A stretch of 64,000 nucleotides of DNA from Candidatus Micrarchaeota archaeon (GCA_038046765.1 JBBSVN010000005.1:32001-96000), one strand, 5' to 3'. Shown: positions 48,616 to 59,236, counted from the stretch's first letter. The notes: a model not told the origin generated them from the letters alone. Made by a program: numbers and translations.

Positions 48616-50517
48616 TTAGATATCCAAATTCTTAACTTCTTTAGCATACGCTTCGATAAATGCCCTTCGTGGTTCAACTTCTTCGCCCATTAGGACGGTA
48701 AATAACTTATCAGCACCCATCGCATCATCAACAGTTACTTTCTTTAGTGTTCTTCTTTCTGGGTCCATTGTTGTTTCCCATAGCTGATCTGGGTTCATTT
48801 CACCTAAACCTTTGTATCGTTGTATTTCGCCTTCGCCATTTGTAGCAAATAGTTTTTGCAATTCTTCATCGCTATAAACATACTGCTCGGTTTTTCCTTT
48901 TTTGTACCTATAAAGCGGAGGGGTTGCAATGTATATATATCCTTTTTCAACTACCTCTTTAAAGTAACGATAAAATAATGTCAAAAGTAACGTCCGTATA
49001 TGTGCCCCATCAATATCAGCATCTGTCATAATGACAATTTTGTGGTATCTTAATTTTGCCATGTTAAAATCTTCCTTAAACCCAGCTCCAAGTGCCAATA
49101 TAACATTTCTGATTTCTTCACTTGCAAATATCTTATTTATTGGCGCTTTTTCAACGTTTAATATTTTTCCACGAAGCGGTAATATTGCCTGGAATTTACG
49201 GTCACGGGCGCCTTTACTACTTCCGCCGGCGGAGTCTCCCTCGACAAGGAACACTTCAGCTTTTGTCGGGTCTTCTTCAATGCAATCAGCTAGTTTACCT
49301 GGCAAAACTGAACTTTCTAAAACATTTTTCCTTCTAATTAATTCCCGCGCTTTTTGGGCGGCTTCCCGTGCTTCCATTGAACTTACAATCTTTAATGAAA
49401 TTTTCTTTGATGCATCGGGATTTTCTTCAAAATATGTCTTTAATGCTTCATAAGCAATACTGTCTACGATTCCCTTTACTTCGCTATTTCCTAGTTTAGT
49501 TTTCGTTTGTCCTTCAAATTGTGGTTCAGGAATTTTTGCGCTTAAAACTATTGTGACGCCTTCAAGAACATCGTCCCCGGATATTTTTCTTTCATCTTTG
49601 ATTATTTTATTTGACCTTAAATAATCATTTATTGCACGCGTTAGTGCTGTTTTTAAACCAGCTAAATGTGTTCCTCCTTCAACGGTTTTTATGTTATTTA
49701 CAAATGAGTAAATACTTTCGCTATATGCGTCCGTATACTGGAGTGCAAACTCTACTTCTACTGATTCTGCTCTTTTAGAACTATAAATCGGAGGATGCAA
49801 TTTCACTCTAGCTTGGTTTAAATATTCAACAAACTCTGCAACCCCGCCTTCAAAATGAAATACTTCATTTTTTTCTTTTCCTTCTCGTGTGTCAGTTAAG
49901 ATTATTTTAATTCCTTTATTTAGGAAAGCTAATTCCATTATCCTGTCTCTTATTAATTCGTAATCGAATTCGTTTACTTGGAAAATTGTTGAGTCTGCTT
50001 TAAATGTTACTTTTGTTCCGTGTTTATCTGTTGTTCCTTCTACAGTTAATTCTGTTTTGGGATCTCCCCTAGCATAAAGTTGTCTATGAATTTTTCCATC
50101 TTTATAAACTTCAATTTCCATTTTTTCGCTTAATGCGTTTACTACGCTTAAACCAACTCCGTGCAATCCGCCGCTAACTTGGTATGCTTTTTTTTCGAAT
50201 TTACCTCCTGCGTGTAATACTGTGGCTACTGTTTCTACTGCGGATTTTCCGGTTTGAGCCTGGATATCTACAGGAATACCTCTACCATCATCAAGTACGC
50301 TCGCGCTGTTATCTTTTAGTATTGTTATTTCAATATTGCTGCAGTGTCCGGCTAGTGCTTCGTCAATTGAATTAGCTACTATTTCTTCTAATAAATGGTG
50401 AAATCCTCGTTTTCCAATGTCACCAATGTACATTGCCGGTCTTTTTCTTACTCCTTCTAAACCTGTTAAAACTTGAATTTCACTTGCAGTATACTGTGTA
50501 TTGTTTTGTTCTGTCAT
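48616..50517 (-). CDS. gyrB: DNA gyrase subunit B
   Basis: VRKRPAMYIG, DDGRGIP, GGLHGVG, VEGDSAGG, PLRGK, DADIDG, RYKGLGEM. Confidence 0.97.
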   Translation of the reverse strand: MTEQNNTQYTASEIQVLTGLEGVRKRPAMYIGDIGKRGFHHLLEEIVANSIDEALAGHCSNIEITILKDNSASVLDDGRGIPVDIQAQTGKSAVETVATVLHAGGKFEKKAYQVSGGLHGVGLSVVNALSEKMEIEVYKDGKIHRQLYARGDPKTELTVEGTTDKHGTKVTFKADSTIFQVNEFDYELIRDRIMELAFLNKGIKIILTDTREGKEKNEVFHFEGGVAEFVEYLNQARVKLHPPIYSSKRAESVEVEFALQYTDAYSESIYSFVNNIKTVEGGTHLAGLKTALTRAINDYLRSNKIIKDERKISGDDVLEGVTIVLSAKIPEPQFEGQTKTKLGNSEVKGIVDSIAYEALKTYFEENPDASKKISLKIVSSMEAREAAQKARELIRRKNVLESSVLPGKLADCIEEDPTKAEVFLVEGDSAGGSSKGARDRKFQAILPLRGKILNVEKAPINKIFASEEIRNVILALGAGFKEDFNMAKLRYHKIVIMTDADIDGAHIRTLLLTLFYRYFKEVVEKGYIYIATPPLYRYKKGKTEQYVYSDEELQKLFATNGEGEIQRYKGLGEMNPDQLWETTMDPERRTLKKVTVDDAMGADKLFTVLMGEEVEPRRAFIEAYAKEVKNLDI

Positions 50518-50741
50518 AATCTTTACCTGTGTGCATTTTGTAGCTTATAATTCATTCTAATTAGCATATAATTTATCGTCGTAATCTAATATGCCCAAAA
50601 GGGTTTAAATTGGTTTGTTTTTGGGTAATCTTGCAGAACCGATTATCTTAAAATAACTTGCTTGAATTTATTAGTCTACTAGTTCTTTCTAGAAGAGAAA
50701 TCCTTTTCTCTTAAATAAGCTAGTCGATAATTGATAATAAT

Positions 50742-50816
50742 CGACTGGCACTGCCATATGGATGTATTTGTGCAGTGCCCTACAGGTCTGTAATTAGAAA
50801 ATACACTGTTTTCTAA
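50742..50816 (+). ncRNA. Copy C of leader RNA motif (upstream of tRNA-Gly)
   Basis: CGACT-GGCACTGC...GCAGTGCC-CTACAGGTCTGTAA-TTAGAAAA/TTTTCTAA. Confidence 0.75.
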
Positions 50817-50847
50817 GCATGCCTGTTGATAATAAGCTAATACAAAT

Positions 50848-50940
50848 GCGCCTGTAGTCTAGTGGTAATCGCAAGTTGTGATCACTAAAGGATCGTAGCC
50901 TTCCAAGCTACTGACCCGGGTTCGAATCCCGGCGGGCGCA
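50848..50940 (+). tRNA. tRNA-Gly(TCC) with 22-nt D-loop intron (50867-50888)
   Basis: GCGCCTG/CGGGCGC acceptor, GTAGC-CT-TCC-AA-GCTAC; BHB AGUG/CACU. Confidence 0.93.
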
Positions 50941-51062
50941 AATTTTGATCACAAAATTTGTCGAACTTTAGAAGGCTTTACTGCCATTCTAATGGGCGCA
51001 AATTTATTCTAATTTTTCTAATCAAAAATCATTTTAAAAACTGTTGCTTAAAATATATTTTT

Positions 51063-52097
51063 ATGAAAAATTCGATACTTGAGGATCGAACTGCTTATCG
51101 CAAAAATGCCTCGAATTTACCTACAAATGGTTTTAAGTCACCCGCCCCTTTATTTAGTGCAATTCTTCCGGATGATAATAATCTAGCTGAAGCCAAAGCA
51201 TTTTTTCGAGGAAAATATTTAAGTGTTTCATCTGATGTAGTTAAATTCGATAAACCTTATGATGGTCGCTGCGTTCTCTGCCAGGATAGTTCTATGGTAC
51301 TTGTTGAACCAAATTTTACCGTAACTGGTGTTTTTGATGGGTTTGGGGACTCCGGAGAAGTACTTTCGAGATTTTTTATAGATGAATTATTTCGTGAATT
51401 TCATGCTAAGCGTTCTATTTCTTTTAAGGAAGAAGACTTTAAATCATCTATAAATTTAGCGATCGAATTTTCCTCTCTTAATGCACAGGGTTTTATTAAA
51501 AAAATTGAAGGAGGCACTACTGCAATAGTTGCTCTTATTCTAAATGATGGCACTTACTTTTTAGCTTGCATTGGTGATTCTGCAATTTATAAATTTAGTA
51601 AAACTGGATTGCAAAGATTATCGGATAATTCTATGGTCGGATGCATGAAAAACGAGTCTGGTGTACTTGGTTATTCTGTTTTACCTTATACTCAAATCGA
51701 TCTTAAGCAATACCTAGATAATCGGCATCTTGTTTTAGAATTTTTATCTTCAATTGGTTTAAGTGGCAGCAATCCTAAAATAAATTTTTTATCCGGACAC
51801 CTTGAAAAATCAGAAAAATTAATCCTTGTAACTGATGGTATAACAAAAAATTTATCCATTATTATTGGTCTTTTAGATTTGGTGAAAGATGCGAGCGGGG
51901 TATCGGATTTACAAGAGATTATAAAAACAAAAGCATCCGATCGTTTCATTGGTCGCGCGGTATTAAAAGCAGTAAGAGAAAGGATAGCATCTTCAAGAGA
52001 AACATCTCTTAATGATATCTTAAAATCAAGAACAGATGGCACGGTTCTAGTTCCACAAGATGATGATCGCACGGTCGTAGTTGTTAAAAAATTCTAA
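51063..52097 (+). CDS. PP2C/PPM-family protein phosphatase
   Basis: CQDS, GVFDGFG, GGTTA, IGDS, LVTDG, DDDRT; ATG start within ORF 50958..52097. Confidence 0.88.
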   Translation: MKNSILEDRTAYRKNASNLPTNGFKSPAPLFSAILPDDNNLAEAKAFFRGKYLSVSSDVVKFDKPYDGRCVLCQDSSMVLVEPNFTVTGVFDGFGDSGEVLSRFFIDELFREFHAKRSISFKEEDFKSSINLAIEFSSLNAQGFIKKIEGGTTAIVALILNDGTYFLACIGDSAIYKFSKTGLQRLSDNSMVGCMKNESGVLGYSVLPYTQIDLKQYLDNRHLVLEFLSSIGLSGSNPKINFLSGHLEKSEKLILVTDGITKNLSIIIGLLDLVKDASGVSDLQEIIKTKASDRFIGRAVLKAVRERIASSRETSLNDILKSRTDGTVLVPQDDDRTVVVVKKF

Positions 52098-52099
52098 TT

Positions 52100-52765
52100 T
52101 TAAAATACGCTAGCTAATCCTCTTAAAAATTCTTTAGGATCCTTCGCATTTACATACGCGCTAGCTAACAAGACTCCTCTGCTGCCCAGTGCTAATGCTT
52201 TTGCAACATCCTGCTTAGTACTTACTCCTGCGCCACAAAGTGGGATAATTTTATCATTAACTAGTTCTATCGTTCGTACGCTTTCCTTTACTACTTCTGG
52301 TTTAGCCGTACTTACGCTTATTCCGCTTCCTATTAATTCTGGTGGTTCGATCGCGATATAAGTTGGCAGAAATTCCGCAACCTTTTTCGTTTCTTTTAAA
52401 TCTGCTGTGCAAGCGATGCTTTCTAATGAATTAATGTGCAATCTTTCAATTGTATTCTTTACTGCTTCTAAAGGAAGTTTTTTCTCGGAATGATTAACTA
52501 ATGAACCTCTTACTTTTATTCGTTTTAATGCCTCTGGAGGTAGTGAACCTGTATGCGCTCCTGGTTGCATATAATCAGTATGCTGCGCAAATATGTCGCT
52601 AAAGCGCTCTGCTGATTCTTTTAAATGTATTATTGGAGGACAAACGATGATTCTAACTCCTGTTTCTTCTACTACTTCGCTTGCTACATCTACATAGTAT
52701 AGTGCTTTCTCTAAGCTTTTCTCGTATGTTTTAAGGTTAAGAACTATCATACTTTCACTCTTCAC
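52100..52765 (-). CDS. tpiA: Triosephosphate isomerase (archaeal type)
   Basis: NLKTY, AQH, GAHTG, NHSE, EPPELIGSG, GAGV, GVLLAS. Confidence 0.96.
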   Translation of the reverse strand: MKSESMIVLNLKTYEKSLEKALYYVDVASEVVEETGVRIIVCPPIIHLKESAERFSDIFAQHTDYMQPGAHTGSLPPEALKRIKVRGSLVNHSEKKLPLEAVKNTIERLHINSLESIACTADLKETKKVAEFLPTYIAIEPPELIGSGISVSTAKPEVVKESVRTIELVNDKIIPLCGAGVSTKQDVAKALALGSRGVLLASAYVNAKDPKEFLRGLASVF

Positions 52766-52822
52766 AAGAAAGGAATAAATATGTGCTGATAATTATTACA
52801 AAAAAAGAAAAAAATATTTTAT

Positions 52823-53140
52823 CTACTTTGCAAATTTATTCAATTCAATTTGAGTTAAGTATTGCGCGGCTGGGAACAAGACTAACCACAATACGAATAA
52901 TAATACTTTACTCTGCGAACCTTTTGATACTTTTTCAACATCTTGGGCATATCTCCAGAGAACATAGAATCCTACTATTGGGAGAAGTCCAAGAATTAAC
53001 CAAACTATTGCGCTTGTTTTTCCTCCAGTTAATTCATTTAGTTCGGTTCTTGTTTGATAAAACCAATATAAGTAATATATTCCTAAAGTAAGTATACTAA
53101 ATATAATTACCTTTATCGGATCTCTTTTTTTAATTGCCAT
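52823..53140 (-). CDS. DUF4234-like small membrane protein
   Basis: SILTLGIYYLYWFY..EL, Q.ELN. Confidence 0.75.
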   Translation of the reverse strand: MAIKKRDPIKVIIFSILTLGIYYLYWFYQTRTELNELTGGKTSAIVWLILGLLPIVGFYVLWRYAQDVEKVSKGSQSKVLLFVLWLVLFPAAQYLTQIELNKFAK

Positions 53141-53252
53141 TATCTTTCACCTTATTATAATTAATAAATTGAATGTCAAAGTAAGGTTTAAATTTGTTAG
53201 TTTAGCTCTGTCTGCCTGTTTTTTAACTATTTTTATTTAATTAACCTATACT

Positions 53253-53443
53253 GCCAGGATGACAGAATCCGGTTATCGTGCTTGTCTCGAAACCAAACCT
53301 TTTACATTGGTTTTTCTAAGAAATTTATTCTTAGAATGCGAGTTAACAAGTTCCCTTGCGGGATTGTAGGTTCAAAAGTTTTCGGATTGTTTTTCAAAAC
53401 GCTAGACGCGTAACTGAAAACTGAACATATCCTGCTCCTGGCG
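53253..53443 (+). tRNA. tRNA-Ser(CGA) with two introns (53292-53344 at 37/38; 53376-53428 in T-loop, 58/59)
   Basis: GCCAGGA/TCCTGGC acceptor, CTTGT/ACAAG stem, variable arm TCCC/GGGA, G73; helices CUCG/CGAG and GUUC/GAAC. Confidence 0.9.
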
Positions 53444-53498
53444 TATAATAATAAAAATTGAACATAGAATATAATATATAAAATATCAAATATAAAAT

Positions 53499-53652
53499 GG
53501 GCCTGTAGCTCAGTCTGGATCAGAGCGGCACCGTCCTAAGAGTTCTGTGTCATGTGTTTTACGTTTTGTTCGTTATTCGTTCAAGACGCTAAACTGAAAA
53601 CACAAAACTCGCATGTAGGTGTAGGCCATGAGTTCAAATCTCATCTGGCTCG
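53499..53652 (+). tRNA. tRNA-Arg(CCT) with 78-nt intron (53539-53616, 37/38)
   Basis: GCACC/GGTGT stem, T-arm ATGAG-TTCAAAT-CTCAT; one acceptor mismatch and unusual G32. Confidence 0.82.
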
Positions 53653-53722
53653 TATATTTTTCTTTTTTCTTTTTTTAGTTCTAGCCACAGCTTTATAATC
53701 CTTATTTTCTTTCTTATTAAGC

Positions 53723-54283
53723 ATGACAAAGAAATTCGTTCTTGATACTTCGCTTTTTGTAAACCCTCACGCACGCGGACACTTTGGAAAAACTCCTGAC
53801 TTGGCTGTTAAAGGATTCTTGAAAGCTGCAAAGAAGAAGAATGCAGAATTTTACATGCCACCAAGTGTATTTAAGGAATTAAAAAATTTTCTTAAATCTA
53901 AAACTGCCGATGAATTAGAATTGTTTTTGAAGAATAAAGCACCTAATATTTATGCTACTTACTTGCCAGCTGCAGTACTTTATGATTTTATCGAAGATAT
54001 GCGAAATCGACTGAACAAAGGATTAAGATTAGCCGAAGACTATGCTCAAGATAATCACCCAGATAATGCTGCAAAACTTGGGAAATTAAGGGAAAAATAC
54101 AGAGAAGCAGTTCGTGCTGGCTTAGTTGATAGCAAGGAAGACTTTGAACTTATTCTCTTATCAAAAGAAATAGATGCTCTTTTAGTTTCTAGTGATGAAG
54201 GCGTAATAAAATTTGCAACTAATATTGGGTGCGAATGTTTGAATGCAAGCAAATTAAGCGCGATGTTAAAGAAGTTAAGATAA
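53723..54283 (+). CDS. HARP (protein-only RNase P, PIN domain; 'RNA ligase partner' family)
   Basis: FVLDTS, YMPPSV, R.NKGLR.AE, LREKYREA.R.G.VDS.ED, DEG. Confidence 0.9.
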   Translation: MTKKFVLDTSLFVNPHARGHFGKTPDLAVKGFLKAAKKKNAEFYMPPSVFKELKNFLKSKTADELELFLKNKAPNIYATYLPAAVLYDFIEDMRNRLNKGLRLAEDYAQDNHPDNAAKLGKLREKYREAVRAGLVDSKEDFELILLSKEIDALLVSSDEGVIKFATNIGCECLNASKLSAMLKKLR

Positions 54284-54304
54284 AATAAACTGTGATTCAA
54301 ACAT

Positions 54305-55063
54305 ATGTCTAGAAAAACCAAAATCGCACAAAGTTTTGACAAAATCAGCCGAACTTACGAAGATGTTCGGCCTACTTATCCTGATGTTGTTATCAAAAAG
54401 ATTCTCTCTTTTTCAAAGATCCCAAAAAATGGTAAAATTGTTGAAGTTGGCTGCGGACCAGGTATAGCTACAATTCCATTTGCAAAAAAAGGATACAATA
54501 TCTCTGCCATAGATCCTGGTAAAAATCTCCTTTCTATTGCTAAAGAAAAAACCCGTAAATTTTCAAATGTTTCTTATATTTTAAGTTCATTTGAAGATGC
54601 TAAACTTCCAATTAATACTTTCGATCTTTTAATTTCTGGTACTGCCTTTCATTGGGTTAATCAGAAAACAGGATATAAAAAAGCTGGCGAATTGCTAAAG
54701 AAAGGCGGAACAATCGCGCTTTTCTGGCTTGCTAATAACTATAAACGAACTGACTTTATTCCTGGTTTATCCGCAGTTTTTAAGAAATACTCTAAAAATA
54801 AAAAAATCAAGCAAAAACCCTATGAAAAAGAATTTAAACGCATAGCGCGGTCAGGTCTTTTCGGAAAAGTTCACCGGTTCATTTATAATCAAAGAATCAA
54901 ATACTCTAAGGAAGATTACATTAAACTTGTAAGTACTTTTGGCTGGATAAATGTACATCCTAAAAAACCAGAATTTCTTAAAGACCTTAGTAATTTACTT
55001 GGAAAGAGAAAGTATATTTTAGTTCCGTATTCTACTATTCTTTTTATTGCGAGAAGAAAATAA
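54305..55063 (+). CDS. Class I SAM-dependent methyltransferase
   Basis: RPTYP, EVGCGPG, AFHW, LKKGG. Confidence 0.9.
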   Translation: MSRKTKIAQSFDKISRTYEDVRPTYPDVVIKKILSFSKIPKNGKIVEVGCGPGIATIPFAKKGYNISAIDPGKNLLSIAKEKTRKFSNVSYILSSFEDAKLPINTFDLLISGTAFHWVNQKTGYKKAGELLKKGGTIALFWLANNYKRTDFIPGLSAVFKKYSKNKKIKQKPYEKEFKRIARSGLFGKVHRFIYNQRIKYSKEDYIKLVSTFGWINVHPKKPEFLKDLSNLLGKRKYILVPYSTILFIARRK

Positions 55064-55064
55064 A

Positions 55065-56147
55065 TTAATCCTCAATCCCCTTCCCGCTTAAAGCCTCCTT
55101 TATTTTATGGGTGCTTTTCTTGTAGATTTTTCTAAACTTAATTTTTGTTTTTCCATTTTCTGCTTTGGTTCGGCTCACTTCATCAATTTTTATTTCCTTG
55201 CTCATGTGCCTATGGATCCAGTCCCATATTTTTAAGTCTTTAATGATGATTTCATAATCGTCGTAAATTTGTTTGTCGTTTTCGACTTCCGTTATTGCCT
55301 TTGTCAATTTCTCATAAAAAGCTATCCCAAGTTCTTTTGCAAATTTTTCTTTATTTAGTTCAAACTCCCGAATAAATATCGCACTTCTAAGAACTCTTTG
55401 AACATAAAACCCAAGCGGCATATCAAATAAGCTATGCGATGACCCTGCAATATCTTCTATATCTGCAAAAGGATTGACATATTTTACGGCTTCCTTACGA
55501 TCTTCGCTCTTAAATATTATCCCCTCCTTTCTCTGTTTCATTATTGATAGTGCGATTTCTCTTATTTTCTTTAAATCAGAAATAGCAAACTTGCCAAAAC
55601 TAGGTGCCTCTTCTATTTTATATTTTTTTAGTAACGATTGCCTTTCTTCCGGAGAAATATAATTGCCGTTTCCAGTATCAACATCAAAAACAAATATCTT
55701 AACATCAAATCCCTTAGTCGGTCTAGTATATGGGGTGTTTCCAACCATTTCCGCGCATAATACATAATCTGGAAAATCAGAAAAGAATTTAGGAGTTATT
55801 AATTCGCGCGCTTTCTCACTTGCAAAGTAATCAAGGAATCCGCCACGAGAAAATGCGTAAACATTACCATTAATCTTTGCGATTCGAAGATTATATCCGT
55901 CTATCTTCTCTTCAATGTAAAAATAAGACGCAGTTATGTTCCTTTCTAATCCCTTCTTTAGTGTAAATATCCTTTTAATGTGGGGAAAACCAAAAATAAT
56001 TCGCTCGTTAATAACAATTGTCCCACGTGGAATTCCTCTAAAACCTTCCCGAAAACCAGAATAAATTAGTTCTTCTTTTCGATCAATTAGTTTGCCTCTT
56101 TTACGGGCTTCGGATAGTAATTGATCTGTCATTTCTAGTTTTGGCAT
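55065..56147 (-). CDS. ATP-dependent RNA ligase, Rnl3/Pab1020 family
   Basis: GFPHIKR, EEKIDGYN, SRGG, CAEMVG, EGIIFK, KY. Confidence 0.92.
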   Translation of the reverse strand: MPKLEMTDQLLSEARKRGKLIDRKEELIYSGFREGFRGIPRGTIVINERIIFGFPHIKRIFTLKKGLERNITASYFYIEEKIDGYNLRIAKINGNVYAFSRGGFLDYFASEKARELITPKFFSDFPDYVLCAEMVGNTPYTRPTKGFDVKIFVFDVDTGNGNYISPEERQSLLKKYKIEEAPSFGKFAISDLKKIREIALSIMKQRKEGIIFKSEDRKEAVKYVNPFADIEDIAGSSHSLFDMPLGFYVQRVLRSAIFIREFELNKEKFAKELGIAFYEKLTKAITEVENDKQIYDDYEIIIKDLKIWDWIHRHMSKEIKIDEVSRTKAENGKTKIKFRKIYKKSTHKIKEALSGKGIED

Positions 56148-56191
56148 AAAATAAACAAGTAAATGAATATTATAAATATACTCTAAGTACG

Positions 56192-57973
56192 CTAAGCCAC
56201 CTTAGCTTCCTTATTCTCATTAAGCATTTCCTTTACAATTATTGCATAAGCTGGTCTTGATAATAAGAATCCTAAAACAGCTCCTAGAATTGTCGACGTA
56301 GCAAAACCGATTAATTCAGTTATTCCAGAGAATAATAATGGCATCATCGCAACAATCGCAACAACTATATTTGTTTTAATTATCTCAAAAGCTGAAGCTA
56401 TTTTAGATTCAATCGATCCTCCATCTTTTTTCCTTATTTCATCAGTAATTACAATCTGCGCGTCAACACCAACACCAATAGCAGCTATAATTCCAGCTAC
56501 TCCTGCTAAATCGATGTTAAATGGCGAACCTCCTAAAATAGATAATAAAATTATAAGTTCGCTAATACTTACTCCAACTATTGGTAAAATCATTTTAAGG
56601 CTTCTATACCTAAGCGAAATAAAAATTCCGATTGCGATTAATGAAGCTGCGATACCAAGTATACTTATTTGTAAGAATTCTGCACCTAGTGTTGCAGGTA
56701 TTGTTGTTTTACTTCCAAGAGATATTTGAACTGGTAATGAACCTCCTTTTAATATACTTTCAATAAAACGTGCCTGCTCAAGAGCCAGATTTGCCTTATT
56801 TGTATTTGCACTTAACTGTGTTGTTGGGACGCTTCCGCTGATACCTACTGAATTTCCTGATGGTGGTAATCCCTTTGTTAGTTCTTCTCCTAAAACTGGC
56901 GATGTTAACAACCCTACGGCGGACCATTTTTCTATAGATATGCTTTTATCAATTGGATTATAATTAAACGTCGGTGTTATGTTTTCCTCTGCAATTTCTT
57001 TAACAATAAATCCTTTTTGTTTTAGGTAATCCTTTACTTGTAAGGACGCTTCTGAAGAAATGTATGCTTTTGTTGCGTTGGTTTTTTGAGTTATATTTGT
57101 TTTATTTTGTAAAATTGTTTCTTCAAAATAAAGTTCTATGTTGTCACTATCTGTTTTAAGTGTATTCTTAGCTGCATTTATTGATTCGTAATCATTTAAC
57201 TGGCTATTTGTACCCGTTGAAGAAATTGCATTTGCTGCCGCCTCTGCTGCGCTTGTAAGTTTGTCTCTGTTTATAACAATTATTGCATCTGTTGGTCTAT
57301 CTAAAAACATGTATACTGGGAATTTTGGTTTATTTTTAGCAGTACTGGCAAATTTCTTTGCGCCTTCGTTGGTCATTGTAAAACCAACTTCCCAATCTCT
57401 GCCGGGGGAACTTCCTGGTACTTTTATCCTGATTGTCTGTGTGTATATATCTTCTGAAGTTAAAGCTGTTTTACCATCTATTACTGCAAGAAAAACTCCT
57501 TGTTGTGAAATCGCTTTTTCTATTGCACTTATTTGTTCATCGTTTGTATTTGCCAGTTCTACGTTTATTTCTGTATCTCCTATTGATTTGACTTTTACTT
57601 CGCTTAATCCAAGAACCGATGCTCTGCTTTTTATCGTGTCTATCATTTTATTCATTGTTTCTGCATCAACTTTCTTTTCCAGTATAATTGGTATTTTGGT
57701 ACCACCGCTAAAATCAATTCCAAAATGAAGTCCGTTAAATGCGAGGTTAAACATTGCCAGTAAAACAATCGCAGCCATTCCGAACATTCGTAGTTTAGTG
57801 TCCTTGTAAATTATTGCCATTCCTCCAAAAAGTATGAGTGCCGCAGCAAGTGTCATTCCTGCGAATTTTGAATAACCTGCGATTAAGAATATAAATATTA
57901 AAAATAATGCCCCTAAGAAAGCCATGCTTCGGTCTAGTTTTAACTGGAATTTTGGTCCTTGTTGTTCGTTCAT
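56192..57973 (-). CDS. secD: Preprotein translocase subunit SecD
   Basis: FGIDFSGGT, LKGGSLP, ATLG, IDLAGVAGIIAAIGVGVDAQIVITDE. Confidence 0.92.
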   Translation of the reverse strand: MNEQQGPKFQLKLDRSMAFLGALFLIFIFLIAGYSKFAGMTLAAALILFGGMAIIYKDTKLRMFGMAAIVLLAMFNLAFNGLHFGIDFSGGTKIPIILEKKVDAETMNKMIDTIKSRASVLGLSEVKVKSIGDTEINVELANTNDEQISAIEKAISQQGVFLAVIDGKTALTSEDIYTQTIRIKVPGSSPGRDWEVGFTMTNEGAKKFASTAKNKPKFPVYMFLDRPTDAIIVINRDKLTSAAEAAANAISSTGTNSQLNDYESINAAKNTLKTDSDNIELYFEETILQNKTNITQKTNATKAYISSEASLQVKDYLKQKGFIVKEIAEENITPTFNYNPIDKSISIEKWSAVGLLTSPVLGEELTKGLPPSGNSVGISGSVPTTQLSANTNKANLALEQARFIESILKGGSLPVQISLGSKTTIPATLGAEFLQISILGIAASLIAIGIFISLRYRSLKMILPIVGVSISELIILLSILGGSPFNIDLAGVAGIIAAIGVGVDAQIVITDEIRKKDGGSIESKIASAFEIIKTNIVVAIVAMMPLLFSGITELIGFATSTILGAVLGFLLSRPAYAIIVKEMLNENKEAKVA

Positions 57974-59061
57974 TTTTCCACCGGAGTTTTCTTTGGTTCT
58001 TTTGATTCCACATACATTAAAAGGATTACCGCGTTAATACCCCACGTAGCAAACAAATCTCCAACTAACCCTACTAATGCAACTGCAGATATTTCGTAAT
58101 ATGTTGATATTCTGGTATAAAGCGAAATTATGAAAAGTACTGCAAATGCAATTATTGCAGCGATACTCATTGTTGCTCCTGTCTTAAACGCATCAAACGC
58201 CTTTTCTCTTGGGTCTCCTTGTCTTTTTAACATACGCATTGTAAGTAAAATGTCTGTGTCTAAAGAGAATCCTGCTAGCATTAATAATGCAGCTAAGGTT
58301 GGAAGAGTAAATGGTATTCCTAATAATCCCATTCCGCCTAGCGCAAAAGTTACATCTGCTGCTGCTCCGATTATTACTGCGAGACTCGGGACAAATGTCC
58401 TAAAGAATATGAATACGAAAATTATGCTTACTATTGCTGAATACAATACTGTCTGTTCTGCTTTTTCTACAAATTTTCCCCGTAATAATGGAGAAACTGT
58501 ATGTACGCTGATTGAAGTGTATTTTACGTATTTTTGTATTGGACCAGATATTGACTGCTGGTAGTTATCATAAACTTTAGTATATGCTGCACTTACCTGT
58601 TTATCGATGCTGTTTAATCCTTCATCTTCTGTTATCGTTTTTTGGATTCTCGCAAGCGTTAACATCTGATTGGCTAGTTTTATCATTTCTGGTTTATCTG
58701 TTGTTGCGTTACTTAAATTACCAAAACTTTCTTTTTGAACCTGTGCATCAAGAAGTTTTGTAAAATTTGTTTTTATGCTTTCAGCATTAACTAAGTCCAT
58801 ACTCTGGCCTAATTCTATTTCAACGGCATATCCGGTTGGTAAAGCGTATGTAATAACTGTTCCTTGCAAACCTTCTTTTTCTAAATTTGCTTGTAACTGC
58901 TTAGAGTCAAGGTTTTGGTCTACAGTTAATTTAATTAACGTACCTCCCCGAAAATCAACTCCCGGTTTAATACTTTGCGCAAAGTATAAACTTAAGATTA
59001 GTAAAATTATTGGTATTATTACCAATAATTTATAGTTGCCCTTGTATATATTAGGAATCAT
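57970..59061 (-). CDS. secF: Preprotein translocase subunit SecF
   Basis: GVDFRGG, FRTFVPS, LAGFSLDTDILLT. Confidence 0.92.
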   Translation of the reverse strand: MIPNIYKGNYKLLVIIPIILLILSLYFAQSIKPGVDFRGGTLIKLTVDQNLDSKQLQANLEKEGLQGTVITYALPTGYAVEIELGQSMDLVNAESIKTNFTKLLDAQVQKESFGNLSNATTDKPEMIKLANQMLTLARIQKTITEDEGLNSIDKQVSAAYTKVYDNYQQSISGPIQKYVKYTSISVHTVSPLLRGKFVEKAEQTVLYSAIVSIIFVFIFFRTFVPSLAVIIGAAADVTFALGGMGLLGIPFTLPTLAALLMLAGFSLDTDILLTMRMLKRQGDPREKAFDAFKTGATMSIAAIIAFAVLFIISLYTRISTYYEISAVALVGLVGDLFATWGINAVILLMYVESKEPKKTPVEK

Positions 59062-59148
59062 AAAATCAAATACTTCTCTAAGTAGATATTTTTGTTGTCA
59101 AATAATATAATAGCTATTATTTTTAATTGTTAGGTCTAAATATATTAT

Positions 59149-59183
59149 ACTGGCAGGTAGCTAGTGGCTCTTAGCTAGTAGCT
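59149..59183. repeat. Degenerate heptamer tandem repeat
   Basis: actggca ggtagct agtggct cttagct agtagct. Confidence 0.55.
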
Positions 59184-59236
59184 TTATAATTAAATTGATT
59201 TGTTAACCTTATAATAATGGGTTTATAAAAAAATAA

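Noticed and set aside
50934..51005. 12-bp repeat of the tRNA-Gly 3' end (GGGCGCAAATTT) as an att site
   Set aside because: Only 60 bp apart, short, and no integrase nearby; at most a scar.
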